Origin: Candidatus Velthaea sp.
GTDB lineage: Bacteria; Vulcanimicrobiota; Vulcanimicrobiia; Vulcanimicrobiales; Vulcanimicrobiaceae
Assembly: GCA_965214935.1 (NCBI GenBank)
Contig: CBDCCS010000003.1
Coordinates: forward strand, 32,001 to 96,000
Length of the DNA stretch: 64,000 bases
Direction: 5' to 3'
The notes beneath the pieces are model-generated. The model did no database searches. It was not told the origin of the DNA and saw nothing but the letters and a program-made list of their open reading frames with translations. The position numbers and the translations under genes were made by a program. Within the stretch, counting starts at the first letter, position 1; every line of letters begins with the position of its first letter. Positions 28,763 to 38,597 of this stretch are shown here, in pieces.

Positions 28763-29773
28763 GTGAAAAAACGCGATAGCTATGACGGCGTCATGGTCGG
28801 CGCGGTGCCGAGCAGCGATCCGGCGTACGCTACGATTAGCGCAATTCTCCGGATCGTTCCGGTTTCGCGCTGGGCCTTTGCGCGCGTGGCGCCGGACGGT
28901 AACACGGTGCAGCTCCTCGCTTCGGCGGGTAACGCCGAAACACTCGGCGCTCTGCATATCGAGCTTCAGCGCCAGCGGTCCGAGTCGGGTAGCGGTCCGC
29001 GGATTGCGGCCGCACTCGGCCCGCTCGACGAATTCGATAGTGGGATCACGCTACTCTTCGCGGACGCTCGTGCAACCTTCGGCATCCTCACGCTGCTGCG
29101 CACCGCCGAACTCGGGCCGTTTACATCAAGCGAAGTCAGTATGCTCACCTTCGCCTTGTCTTCGGGTTCCGATCAGCTCTCGGATTTGCGGCTACAAGCG
29201 CCCGAAAGTCAGATCCACCGCAATGCGCAAGACGATGCGACAACCGCCGATGCGGCGTTCTACGTGCTCGACCGGGACTTCGAGATCGTATTAGCTTGGA
29301 GTTCGGAGGAACAGCGGCGGGTCGCCCTGACCGGTTTGCGCACGCGCATTGCGGATCGTCTGCCGCCCGTCCTCGAAGAGACCGTTCGCGATCTGACCGC
29401 AGCGTGGGGCATTGAGCCGGCCACGCAGGAAGCCGGTTTTGCCCGGCCGGTTCCATTCTTGGTCGTACGCACGCAACCGTTGTCCGGCCCGACCGGCTTG
29501 TTCATCGGCGTCCGCATCGATCGCACTCGTGCGCCCAATCCGCTATCCGGCGCGGCATCGCGCTTCCATATTTCGCCGCGCGAACTTCAGGTGCTCGCGT
29601 TGCTGCTTGACGGCGCACATCTCGATGAAATCGGACGGCGCTTACATATCACGTCGTCGACCGTCCAAGACCATATTCGCAATATGGTCGAGAAGACGGA
29701 AAGCCGCAATCGAACCGAGCTTGTCGCACGCGTGTTGGGCTGGGACGTCGCGCCGGAAGAAACGGCGTTGTAG
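28763..29773 (+). CDS. LuxR-family HTH transcriptional regulator with N-terminal GAF-like sensory region
   Basis: ISPRELQVLALLLDG...IGRRLHITSSTVQDHIRNMVEK. Confidence 0.88.
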   Translation: MKKRDSYDGVMVGAVPSSDPAYATISAILRIVPVSRWAFARVAPDGNTVQLLASAGNAETLGALHIELQRQRSESGSGPRIAAALGPLDEFDSGITLLFADARATFGILTLLRTAELGPFTSSEVSMLTFALSSGSDQLSDLRLQAPESQIHRNAQDDATTADAAFYVLDRDFEIVLAWSSEEQRRVALTGLRTRIADRLPPVLEETVRDLTAAWGIEPATQEAGFARPVPFLVVRTQPLSGPTGLFIGVRIDRTRAPNPLSGAASRFHISPRELQVLALLLDGAHLDEIGRRLHITSSTVQDHIRNMVEKTESRNRTELVARVLGWDVAPEETAL

Positions 29774-29952
29774 TTTCGACGTTGCTCGCCGTGTGAAGGC
29801 CACGTTCATGCGTTGTTCGTTGGCGCTTCGCACGTGCATCGTACGCTTGTGACGTCGCAGCGGTGCGAACGGGTCAATAACGTGAGTCACCGGCATCCGC
29901 CGCGTTCTCGAGCCGTGTCGGTACGGACGAGCGGACCGACGAGGAGAACACG

Positions 29953-30165
29953 ATGTCGGAACAGCCGGCATTTCACCGATTCAAAGCTGGGGACCGCATA
30001 CGGATTCGTGGTGAAGCGATAGCCGGCGTGGTGACCGGAGTTGGCCGGCACGATGTAAGCATTCGAGTCGAAGCCCATGGACGCACGGAGCATCGCCGCT
30101 ACGCGCACGAGGCCGTCGTTCTCGAACCGATAATGATTGAGGTGTCGAACTTCACCGATCGTTGA
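29953..30165 (+). CDS. Small hypothetical protein (KOW/SH3-like beta barrel)
   Basis: Strong GAGGAG RBS; FKAGDRIRI...GVVTGV pattern. Confidence 0.65.
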   Translation: MSEQPAFHRFKAGDRIRIRGEAIAGVVTGVGRHDVSIRVEAHGRTEHRRYAHEAVVLEPIMIEVSNFTDR

Positions 30166-30182
30166 GCGGGCACGGAGCGATT

Positions 30183-30968
30183 TTGGACCTTCACCTCAGT
30201 GGGAAAACCGTGCTGATCACCGGTGCATCGCAGGGCATCGGTGCGGGTCTTGCAATGGCGTTTGCCGCCGAAGGCTGCCGGCTTACGCTAACGGCACGAA
30301 GCAGCGCGAATCTCGATGCGATCAAGCACGCAGTTCTCGCGCAGTCCCCGCACGTTTCAGTAACGCTGGTGCCGTGCGATCTTACCGAACCGGGCGCGAT
30401 CGATAAGCTTGCCGGCATGGTCGGCGACGTCGATATCCTCATCAATAATGCGGGCGCCGTTCCGGCTGGTTCGATCCTCGATATTGACGAAGCGGCCTGG
30501 CGGGCAGGCTGGGAACTTAAAGTTTTCGGCTATATCAATCTCACTCGCATCTACTACTTGCGTATGAAAGCGCGCGGTGGCGGTGTGATCGTCAACAACA
30601 TCGGGAACGGCGGTGAGATCGGCGATGCGCGCTACATTGCCGGCGGCGCAGGCAATGCGAGTCTCATGTCCTTTACCCGTTCGCTAGGCGGAGTGAGCCT
30701 CGACGATAATATTCGGATCGTCGGCGTCAATCCGGGACCGGTCGATACCGAACGCATTTACACGATGCTCAAAAAGCGTGCGCGCGATCTGTATGCCGAT
30801 GAGACGCGGTATGTCGATTTATTAAACAGGTATCCACTGGGGCGGCCGGCGCACATCGCTGAAATTACCGCTACAATCGTCTTTCTGGCATCGCCGCGTT
30901 CGAGCTACACGACGGGCACGATAGTGACGGTCGACGGCGGAATCGCCGCCCGGCGATCCATCGCCTGA
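30183..30968 (+). CDS. SDR family oxidoreductase
   Basis: TGASQGIG, NNAG, NPGPVDT, TVDGG; atypical catalytic helix (AGNAS). TTG start after GGAG (track start 30162). Confidence 0.9.
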   Translation: MDLHLSGKTVLITGASQGIGAGLAMAFAAEGCRLTLTARSSANLDAIKHAVLAQSPHVSVTLVPCDLTEPGAIDKLAGMVGDVDILINNAGAVPAGSILDIDEAAWRAGWELKVFGYINLTRIYYLRMKARGGGVIVNNIGNGGEIGDARYIAGGAGNASLMSFTRSLGGVSLDDNIRIVGVNPGPVDTERIYTMLKKRARDLYADETRYVDLLNRYPLGRPAHIAEITATIVFLASPRSSYTTGTIVTVDGGIAARRSIA

Positions 30969-30973
30969 TCCCA

Positions 30974-31672
30974 GTGGTGCTCGAGCCGCGACGGCTCGGA
31001 ATGATCGTACCATCCTCGAACACCGTTGCGGAACCGGCAACGACGGCGTTGATGCCCATCGACGGGTCGGTAACCTTACACGTTGCGCGACTGCGTGTAC
31101 TCGCAATCCGCGCTGACGCTGTTTCGCAGGCGCAATTTGATTTGCGCCCGCTGCTCGATAGCGCGGCACTCCTGGCCGATGCGTGTTGCGATTTGATCCT
31201 ATGGAACGGAACCGCGGCGAGTTGGCTCGGCTTCGAGCGTGACATGCAATTAGTCGGCGCGATCCGCGCGGCGACCGGCACGCGTGCGACAACGGCGTTA
31301 CTGGCAATGAACGCCCGGCTCGCACTCTTGCGTGCGCGCCGCATCGCGCTCGTTACGCCGTACATCGCGCCGATCGAAGCGTGCATTATTGAAAACTACC
31401 GTCAAAGCGGCATCCGCGTAACGTCCGCGCTTCGCGCAGATCTTGTCGAAAACACGGCGTTTGCCAAGATCGCGCCTCATACGTTGGCCGACATGGTTCG
31501 CCGCGTCGCACAGGATGATGTAGAAGCTGTCGTGATTTTGTGTACGAACGTTGCCGGCGCGCCGCTCGTAACGGGGCTGACACGTGAGCTCGGCATACCG
31601 GTTTTGGATTCGGTCCGTGTTGCTGCCGAACACAGTTTCGCTCTGCTACGCGAAGCGCCGGGCCAAGATTGA
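30974..31672 (+). CDS. Asp/Glu racemase superfamily protein (maleate isomerase/arylmalonate decarboxylase-like)
   Basis: GMIVPSSNTVAE, WNGTA, LVTPY, ILCTN. Confidence 0.85.
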   Translation: MVLEPRRLGMIVPSSNTVAEPATTALMPIDGSVTLHVARLRVLAIRADAVSQAQFDLRPLLDSAALLADACCDLILWNGTAASWLGFERDMQLVGAIRAATGTRATTALLAMNARLALLRARRIALVTPYIAPIEACIIENYRQSGIRVTSALRADLVENTAFAKIAPHTLADMVRRVAQDDVEAVVILCTNVAGAPLVTGLTRELGIPVLDSVRVAAEHSFALLREAPGQD

Positions 31673-31731
31673 GAAGATGCGGGTAAGAGAATTTTCGGAA
31701 CTAAACGATGGGTTGAACGATCGGCGCGCGC

Positions 31732-32541
31732 TTAGCGTGCACAGCGCCCGGTCAACAGTGAGGCGCTTAGCTGTAAGCGGCCGTTTCGCGCGCGCAGTTC
31801 GTCCCAACCGCTCAAGATCGTTACGGCGCGATTAGCAGCAAGTATCGCGCGTTCGATGCCGTCGGCCCCGCTGCTGCGCGAGCCGGTCGAGCGATTCGAT
31901 CCGACCGCGCAAACACTGCCGCAACGGCGCTTAAATAGCGAACCGAGCACGAAAAGCGTGGCCGCTTCCATCTCGAACGTGGCCACGCCGTAGTTACTCA
32001 TGGCGGCCACGACCGGTCCGCTGCCCGCGAAGCCCAACGGAAGCGGAAGTTCGTTTTGCTGGCCGGCGAAAAACGAGTCCGTGCTGGCCGTTATGCCGAC
32101 GACATATGGAAGTTCGAGCTGTTCGCAAGCTTCAATGAGTGCAAACGTTACGTCGCGATGCGCGACGGCCGGGAATGCGCGCTCGCAATAGGCATCGGAC
32201 GAAGCGCTGAGCCGGACGGCCGCCTCGTGAATTACCAGCGAATCGACCGCAATCTCTGCTGGGATGGCTCCGCAGGTGCCGACACGCACGAACGTATCGC
32301 TCCCGGCAGCTGCAAGCTCGAGCAAGGCAATCTCCGTGGACGGAGCGCCGATGCCCGTCGAACACGCGCCGAGGTTTACGCCATCGAGCGTTCCGCGCGC
32401 ATACCGGAACTCACGATTGAACGAAACGTCGGTATACGTGTGCCATTGCTTACCGATCGACGGTACGCGGCCGGGATCGCCGGGCAGCAGCATGTAACGC
32501 GGTGCGCTGTCTTCGCCGGTCATAACGTGCGATTTGTGCAT
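31732..32541 (-). CDS. udp: Uridine/nucleoside phosphorylase (PNP_UDP_1 family)
   Basis: LPGDPGRV, NREF, STGIGAPST, RVGTCG, FEMEAATLF. Confidence 0.85.
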   Translation of the reverse strand: MHKSHVMTGEDSAPRYMLLPGDPGRVPSIGKQWHTYTDVSFNREFRYARGTLDGVNLGACSTGIGAPSTEIALLELAAAGSDTFVRVGTCGAIPAEIAVDSLVIHEAAVRLSASSDAYCERAFPAVAHRDVTFALIEACEQLELPYVVGITASTDSFFAGQQNELPLPLGFAGSGPVVAAMSNYGVATFEMEAATLFVLGSLFKRRCGSVCAVGSNRSTGSRSSGADGIERAILAANRAVTILSGWDELRARNGRLQLSASLLTGRCAR

Positions 32542-32652
32542 CGAACGTGCAGCTTGGCCATCCAAGCCGGCGCTCCCGCGACGGCAACTTCATTACTATT
32601 GCTACAAGTATCTTATGTTACCGAAGGAGATCCGCTCGAGCCGCGATGTCGA

Positions 32653-33255
32653 CTACGAGCCGCGCTCGGCAATGACCGGTTCGAATCGCCGATCCGGAAT
32701 GAGCCATAGGGCCGCAACGACGATGAAAAGCGCGTCGGCGACAATCGGTGAGACGAACGCGCAACCGATCGCACAGACGTAAATACCCAGCGACGCTTTC
32801 CCTTTGCGGTCGATTCGGACGGCTTGGGCAAACGGGGTGCCGCGACCGTTGACCGCGATAAGCGCCATTTGCAGCAGCGTATACGCTAGTGCATTTGCCA
32901 GTAAGACGAAGGCGTACAATGCGGTCGGCACGCGGGCCAACGGATGTTCTCCCAACCAATTGGTCGTGAACGGTACGAGCGAAAGCCAGAAGAGTAAATG
33001 CAGGTTCGCCCACATTGCCCGGCCGTCGACGCCATTGGTCGCCCGGAGCATATGATGGTGGTTGTTCCAATAGATGCCGACGAAGATAAAGCTTAATGCG
33101 TAGGCCGCGAGCGTCGGCACGAGCGTTCGCAACGACTGCAAGTCCGTACCGGGCGGCGGTTTGAGTTCGAGCACCATGATCGTAATGATGACGGCAATGA
33201 CGCCGTCGCTGAACGCCTCGAGCCGGCTTGACTCGGTTGAAAATTTCGACTGCAC
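32653..33255 (-). CDS. TMEM175-family (DUF1211) potassium channel
   Basis: RLEAFSDGVIAVIITIMVLEL, YWNNHH, LVPFTT. Confidence 0.92.
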   Translation of the reverse strand: MQSKFSTESSRLEAFSDGVIAVIITIMVLELKPPPGTDLQSLRTLVPTLAAYALSFIFVGIYWNNHHHMLRATNGVDGRAMWANLHLLFWLSLVPFTTNWLGEHPLARVPTALYAFVLLANALAYTLLQMALIAVNGRGTPFAQAVRIDRKGKASLGIYVCAIGCAFVSPIVADALFIVVAALWLIPDRRFEPVIAERGS

Positions 33256-33415
33256 CCTTACACCTGCAAGCGTATGTCGACGCTAACGGCGGCACCGGCA
33301 GGCGCAGGGTCCCAGACGGACGCGAAGTGAACGTTCACGCACGCGACTTAGCGGTTCGCGCGGCCGAGCCTCTGCTTCGTACGTGCCGAGCGCCATTCTT
33401 GCGTGAGGGTTGCCG

Positions 33416-34348
33416 ATGACCGAAACGAATAGTGTCCATCGCACGAACTGGCCCGACGTGCACGTCACGGCTTGGGCGCCGACGAAGAAGAGCCTCCACT
33501 TATATCTGCAGATGTTGGGCAAGCTTCGCGTCGCACGTTCACCCGCGCAGCCGAATTGGATGTTCACGGCACTTCTGTTGACCGCGCGCGGAATTACCAC
33601 CGGGCCGATCCCCTGGCACGATACGACGTTTGCGGCGTCGCTCGACGTCTTTCGGTCGGAAATCATCGTCGAACGCAGCAACGGCGATCGACGCTCGATC
33701 GCGCTGCTCCCGGTGCGGACGGTTGCCGAAATATACGCCGAGTTGCAAGCTGCGCTCGAAGCGATTGCCGTCGAATGTACGATTTCTCCGGCACCCCAGG
33801 AAATCGCCGACACCCTGCCCTTGTCCGAAGACCGGCGCCCCGCGTCGTACGAGCCGGAGTCCGTGCAGCGCTGGTTTCATGCAACGACGGCGACGGCGAA
33901 CGTCTTCGACGATTGGCGCGCGCACTTTTTCGGCCGTTCGGGGATTCAGCTTTGGTGGGGCGCACTTGATGTTGCACTGCTGCTTTTCAACGGCAAGCAT
34001 GCCGAGCCGCCCACCGACCGCGGCTATCTCATGCGCTACGATCTGGACGCGGAAATGCTGAACGCCGGTTTGTACTTCGGTGACGAACGGACCGCGCCGT
34101 TCTTCTACGGCTACATTTTCCCGCAGCCGCAAGGCGCACCGGGGCTGCCGATGGCACCGGCCGCTGCCGCTTGGTCAGACACGTTTAAAGAGTGGGTGCT
34201 GCCGTACGATGCAGTTCGCCAGGCGGCCGACCCGGCCGCCGAACTGCACACCTTTCTCGATGCGCTTTACGCGCAATGCATCGCGGCGGCCGGCTGGGAT
34301 CGCGCTGCGTTATCGTACGTCGCGCCGAAACGCTCGAGCTATTCGTAG
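33416..34348 (+). CDS. DUF5996 family protein
   Basis: LHLYLQMLGKLR, ARGITTGPIP, WWGALDVA, FYGYIFPQP, LPYDAVR; recognised from memory of the family. Confidence 0.75.
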   Translation: MTETNSVHRTNWPDVHVTAWAPTKKSLHLYLQMLGKLRVARSPAQPNWMFTALLLTARGITTGPIPWHDTTFAASLDVFRSEIIVERSNGDRRSIALLPVRTVAEIYAELQAALEAIAVECTISPAPQEIADTLPLSEDRRPASYEPESVQRWFHATTATANVFDDWRAHFFGRSGIQLWWGALDVALLLFNGKHAEPPTDRGYLMRYDLDAEMLNAGLYFGDERTAPFFYGYIFPQPQGAPGLPMAPAAAAWSDTFKEWVLPYDAVRQAADPAAELHTFLDALYAQCIAAAGWDRAALSYVAPKRSSYS

Positions 34349-34360
34349 GGCATTTCGGTA

Positions 34361-35134
34361 ATGGCTCGGGTATTCATCACCGGTTCGGCTGACGGGCTTG
34401 GCCGCATGGCCGCGCAACGGCTCGTCGCCGCTGGGCATTCCGTCGTGCTGCATGCGCGCAACGAGCGGCGCGCGCACGAAGCGCTTCTGGGCGTTCCGGG
34501 TGCCGAAACGGCAATTGCCGGTGATTTGTCGAGCCTGGCGGAGACGTGCAGTGTTACCGAACGGCTCAATGCACTCGGCACGTTCGATGCGATCGTTCAC
34601 AATGCCGGCGTCGGCTACCGTGAATCGCGGCGCGATGCGACAGTCGACGGCTTACCGCGTGTTTTTGCCGTGAATACGCTGGCGACTTACGTGCTCACCG
34701 CTCTCGTCGTAAAACCAAAACGGCTGATTTATCTAAGTTCCGGCTTGCATCAAAGCGGTGATGCGACGCTGGTCGATCTTGCGTGGGAACATCGCGCGTG
34801 GAACGGTCTTCAAGCGTATGCCGACACGAAATTCCACGATGCGCTGCTTGCGTTTGCGATTGCACGTCGCTGGCCCGACGTCCGATCGAACGCCGTCGAA
34901 CCGGGCTGGGTTGCAACCAAGATGGGCGGCGCCGGAGCGACCGACGATCTGCAAGCCGGGTGTGAAACGCAAGCCTGGTTAGCGGTCAGCGACGATGCCG
35001 GTGCGCAGCGAACCGGCGAGTATTTCTACCATCAGAAGTTGCGCAAGCCCAAGGCTGCTACCCGTGACGTCAGCGCACAGGAGATGCTGCTCGAAGCCTG
35101 CCGGATGCTTTCGGGTGTAAGCCTACCGGGTTGA
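34361..35134 (+). CDS. SDR family oxidoreductase
   Basis: TGSADGLG, HNAG, YADTK, PGWVATKMGG. Confidence 0.92.
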   Translation: MARVFITGSADGLGRMAAQRLVAAGHSVVLHARNERRAHEALLGVPGAETAIAGDLSSLAETCSVTERLNALGTFDAIVHNAGVGYRESRRDATVDGLPRVFAVNTLATYVLTALVVKPKRLIYLSSGLHQSGDATLVDLAWEHRAWNGLQAYADTKFHDALLAFAIARRWPDVRSNAVEPGWVATKMGGAGATDDLQAGCETQAWLAVSDDAGAQRTGEYFYHQKLRKPKAATRDVSAQEMLLEACRMLSGVSLPG

Positions 35135-35138
35135 GCCT

Positions 35139-36248
35139 TTATGACGATTCTGTTTGCGCGATAATATAATCGACGACATCTTCAAAGCGCCCGGCTTGCG
35201 CGAACGCTTGGCGTTGCCGCGTAGCACCGTTGCCCCGGCGCAGGGTTCGGCGCACGAGATCGGTGACTTCGGCATAATCACCGGCTTCTTCGAGAGCGTC
35301 GCGTACGTGCGCGAGCAACTCGTCGATCAGCATGCCGGCCGGCTTTGTATGACCGGTTCGCACGTCGATCAAGTCGCTCTCGAGTCCGTAACGGGCCGCC
35401 TGCCAATGCGCGGCACGCACTAATTCGTGTCGAACGCGCGGCAAATCTTCACCCTTTTGTCCGGCAAGGTATGCGCGGCGCGCAAGAGCGCGGACAAGCC
35501 CCGCGAGCATGACCGCTTCATCGACGGTCATACAAACGTCGGTCACGCGAAATTCCAGCGTCGGAAAGCGGCCCGACGGACGGACATCCCAGTAAATCTT
35601 CGTCTCATCTTCGATAATTTTGCCTGCTATGAGACTTTGAATGAGCTCGTCGTATTCCGCCTTCGAATCGAACGCGAGCGGCGGACCCGACAGCGGCCAG
35701 CGTGACCAAACCTCCGTGCGGAAGCTCGCATATTGCGTATCGGCGCCGAGCCAGAACGGCGAATTGGCCGTGAGTGCGAGCAGCGCAGAGAGTTGCGAAC
35801 GAACGCGATTGAGAACGTCGATCGCGACTTCGGCGCTTTCCATTCCGACGTGCACGTGACAACCGAAGATAACCGTTTCGCGCGCGATCAAGCCAAAAGC
35901 TTGCCCGATCTGTTCGTAACGCGTTTTGGGCGTCAGCGCCTGATCGCTCCAGGCTGAAAATGGATGCGTCCCCGCGGCGGCAATGCGGCTACCGTTTTGC
36001 CGCGCGGCGTCGATTACGTTACGCCGTGCACGTTCGACTTCGCGTCGCACGTCGGCGAGCGTCGCACACACCGGCGTTGCAATCTCAATCATCGACGTTT
36101 GAAGTTCCGGTTGCACGGCATCGCCGAGCTGCCGTTCCGCAACGGGCAGTAAAGCGGCTTGCCGCGCAGCAAGCTTGCGCGACTGGCTGTCGACGATCTG
36201 ATACTCTTCCTCGACGCCCAGCGTAAAGGTATCGATTCCCTTTGACAT
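35139..36248 (-). CDS. Carboxylate-amine ligase / glutamate-cysteine ligase family 2 (YbdK-like)
   Basis: TLGVEEEY, GTHPFS, FGCHVHVG, ANSPFW, YWDVRPS, TLEFRVTD. Confidence 0.93.
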   Translation of the reverse strand: MSKGIDTFTLGVEEEYQIVDSQSRKLAARQAALLPVAERQLGDAVQPELQTSMIEIATPVCATLADVRREVERARRNVIDAARQNGSRIAAAGTHPFSAWSDQALTPKTRYEQIGQAFGLIARETVIFGCHVHVGMESAEVAIDVLNRVRSQLSALLALTANSPFWLGADTQYASFRTEVWSRWPLSGPPLAFDSKAEYDELIQSLIAGKIIEDETKIYWDVRPSGRFPTLEFRVTDVCMTVDEAVMLAGLVRALARRAYLAGQKGEDLPRVRHELVRAAHWQAARYGLESDLIDVRTGHTKPAGMLIDELLAHVRDALEEAGDYAEVTDLVRRTLRRGNGATRQRQAFAQAGRFEDVVDYIIAQTESS

Positions 36249-36524
36249 CGCAACGGAGAGTATACCGCAACTCGCGATCCGACCTGGGCGCTCGGACTGC
36301 TATGCGCGCCGGAAAATCAGGTTGGGAACATCTTACAGGTAAGGGGCTGTTGTCTCAAACGTTATTAGATTGAGCCTGGTTTAATCGCGCCGAAAGCAAT
36401 GACGGGTGTCGTGTTCGTCAAGCGATTACTCGCAGCGTGCGCGGCAACGACTCGAACGTCGCTGTTCCGGGACTTCGACGCCGGGAGCATTGCCGTAGTT
36501 CATCTCCTCGGGCTGCCCGGCGAG

Positions 36525-37370
36525 TTACACGCTCGGCATGCGTTTTGGGATCTTGAAGATGCGACCGAGCAGTCCGTCAAATGCCGTATCTGATAAGATC
36601 CAGCGCAAAAATAGAATAATGTGCGCGGCAGGCGAAGTCGCATAGCGCGCTTTCGGCTTTGCGACGGTGGCGGCGCGCACGATAACATCCGCGCAATCTT
36701 CGGCACTCTGTTGCCCTTGCTCGCTCGAAAACATCGCTGAAGCGCCGTCGAGGATTGTGGCGTACGGACCGGCACCCGATACCTTGCGCGCGTTGTCGAG
36801 TGCAACGCCCGTCCACTCCGTTACCGTACCCGCCGGCTCGATAACGATGACGTCGATCCCGAAAGGTCGCAGTTCGTTGCGCAGACAGTCGGAGAAGCCC
36901 TCGACGGCAAATTTCGATGCATGGTACCACGCGCCGAGCGGCGACCATATCTTACCGCCGATCGACGAGACGTTGAGTATTCGTCCGCTGCGGCGGCGGC
37001 GCATTGAGGGCAGCACGAGTTGAATGACGTGCGCGAGCCCAAACACGTTCACGTCCATCTGCACGCGAGCAGCCGCCATCGGGATCTCCTCAACCGATCC
37101 GTACGAACCGTAACCGGCAGTGTTGACGAGCACATCGATGCGCTCGTTTTCGGCAAGTACGGTTGCAACGAACGCTTCAATACTCTGGGGCTGCGTAAGA
37201 TCTAAATAGTGCACGCCGGCGCCGAGCGCCATGAGGTCTGCCATCGCCTCAGTTCGACGGGCGGCGGCATGGACGCGGTAGCCTTTTTCAAGTAACTTGC
37301 GCGCGACCGCTTTACCGATTCCCGACGAGGCGCCGGTAACGACGGCGACACGAGCCTGAGTGTTATGCAT
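36525..37370 (-). CDS. SDR family oxidoreductase
   Basis: TGASSGIG, WYHASKFAVEG, IEPAG. Confidence 0.92.
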   Translation of the reverse strand: MHNTQARVAVVTGASSGIGKAVARKLLEKGYRVHAAARRTEAMADLMALGAGVHYLDLTQPQSIEAFVATVLAENERIDVLVNTAGYGSYGSVEEIPMAAARVQMDVNVFGLAHVIQLVLPSMRRRRSGRILNVSSIGGKIWSPLGAWYHASKFAVEGFSDCLRNELRPFGIDVIVIEPAGTVTEWTGVALDNARKVSGAGPYATILDGASAMFSSEQGQQSAEDCADVIVRAATVAKPKARYATSPAAHIILFLRWILSDTAFDGLLGRIFKIPKRMPSV

Positions 37371-37377
37371 GCTCGAC

Positions 37378-37409
37378 AGATTGACATAATGTGTCAATTA
37401 TGTCAATCT
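37378..37409. promoter_or_regulatory. Palindromic operator, probably for the adjacent TetR regulator
   Basis: AGATTGACATAAT-gtgtca-ATTATGTCAATCT perfect 13-bp inverted repeat in the 50-bp gap between divergent SDR and tetR genes. Confidence 0.8.
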
Positions 37410-37420
37410 TTCCAAGACCA

Positions 37421-37948
37421 ATGACGCACGCGAAGCCATCCACGGCGAGACGAGGAGCGATCGTCTCTGCAGCGCGAGAGTGCTTCTTTCGCTTCGGCTA
37501 CAAAAAGACGTCGTTCAAGGACGTTGCGAAAGCCGCCGGCATCACACGCTCGCTGATCTACCTGCACTTTAAAAACAAGGATGATCTGCTTGGAGCGGTG
37601 TTTACCGCAGTATTTGAGGAACGGTATCCCGTGGTCGAGCAAATCCTATCGGCCGACGAAACACCGTCTGCAAAACTCGCTCGCATTTACGATCAGTTGC
37701 TTGTCGAACCATGGGCCGAGGTGACGGCCGGCGCGGCTCCGGACGAATTTCTTGCCACGTGCGAGCAGATCATCCCGGCGGCGGAACTCGCGTATCAAAA
37801 GCGCCGCTTACGCTACACTGTTGCGGTTCTCGGCAATCGCGAACTCGCGCAGATCTTCGTCATGTCGGCGGATGGGCTGCTTGCCGATGTGCCTTCACCG
37901 GAAACGTTGCGTAAACGGCTCAGGCGACTCATCGAGCGATTTACATGA
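37421..37948 (+). CDS. TetR/AcrR family transcriptional regulator
   Basis: GYKKTSFKDVAKAAGITRSLIYLHFKNKDDL HTH. Confidence 0.93.
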   Translation: MTHAKPSTARRGAIVSAARECFFRFGYKKTSFKDVAKAAGITRSLIYLHFKNKDDLLGAVFTAVFEERYPVVEQILSADETPSAKLARIYDQLLVEPWAEVTAGAAPDEFLATCEQIIPAAELAYQKRRLRYTVAVLGNRELAQIFVMSADGLLADVPSPETLRKRLRRLIERFT

Positions 37949-38186
37949 AGGTCTGCGCGTCCACTTACGGTCCGTCTCGATTGCTATGCCGAGATCGAGA
38001 GCTAGCTGCGCGATCGATACATTCGTCAACAGCCCGCAAGACGTATGTTGATTTGACCGTCGATTCATTCACGTAACGACGGTCGCCGACTTTATTGGCG
38101 GTAATTGGAAGTATTCAGTCGTCTCCCACCTGCGGCCCGACTCGTGCGGCTTCACAGACTTTTCGGCGGGCAATTTGTGCTGGGGT

Positions 38187-38585
38187 TTATTCTGCATGTA
38201 TCAGCCGGTCGTAGTTACGACGGAATAACGCAATAGCCGAATCGGAACCGATGCGATCGATTTGTTCGCAAACCCAGCCGCGTGCATAGCGAAATGGCCG
38301 GGCATGGCCCGAGGCGACCAATTCGGCACCTAGCCTAGGGTCCGTCGCGAGATGCACTTCACCGCCTAAATGGATGTGGCCTAATTCCCGCTTGCCGACG
38401 TAAAAGTCGACTCCATCGACGCGCGTCGGCTCGTGGAGATCCCAATGTACCGTCGCCAGCACGCCGGGCCAGTTGGTGACGGCGTCGGCGACCGTTGCAA
38501 GTGGGCCATCGAGCCTCGGCGGCGGTGCGACCGGGCCTTTCGCGGAACGCGGCATGGTATCGAAAGCCGGCTCATTCATCGGCAA
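38187..38585 (-). CDS. Luciferase-domain/DUF5519-like small protein
   Basis: DFYVGKRELGHIHLGGEVHL His motif; GAGGAG RBS; downstream of the NmrA-like gene. Confidence 0.6.
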   Translation of the reverse strand: MPMNEPAFDTMPRSAKGPVAPPPRLDGPLATVADAVTNWPGVLATVHWDLHEPTRVDGVDFYVGKRELGHIHLGGEVHLATDPRLGAELVASGHARPFRYARGWVCEQIDRIGSDSAIALFRRNYDRLIHAE

Positions 38586-38597
38586 GTATCTCCTCGT

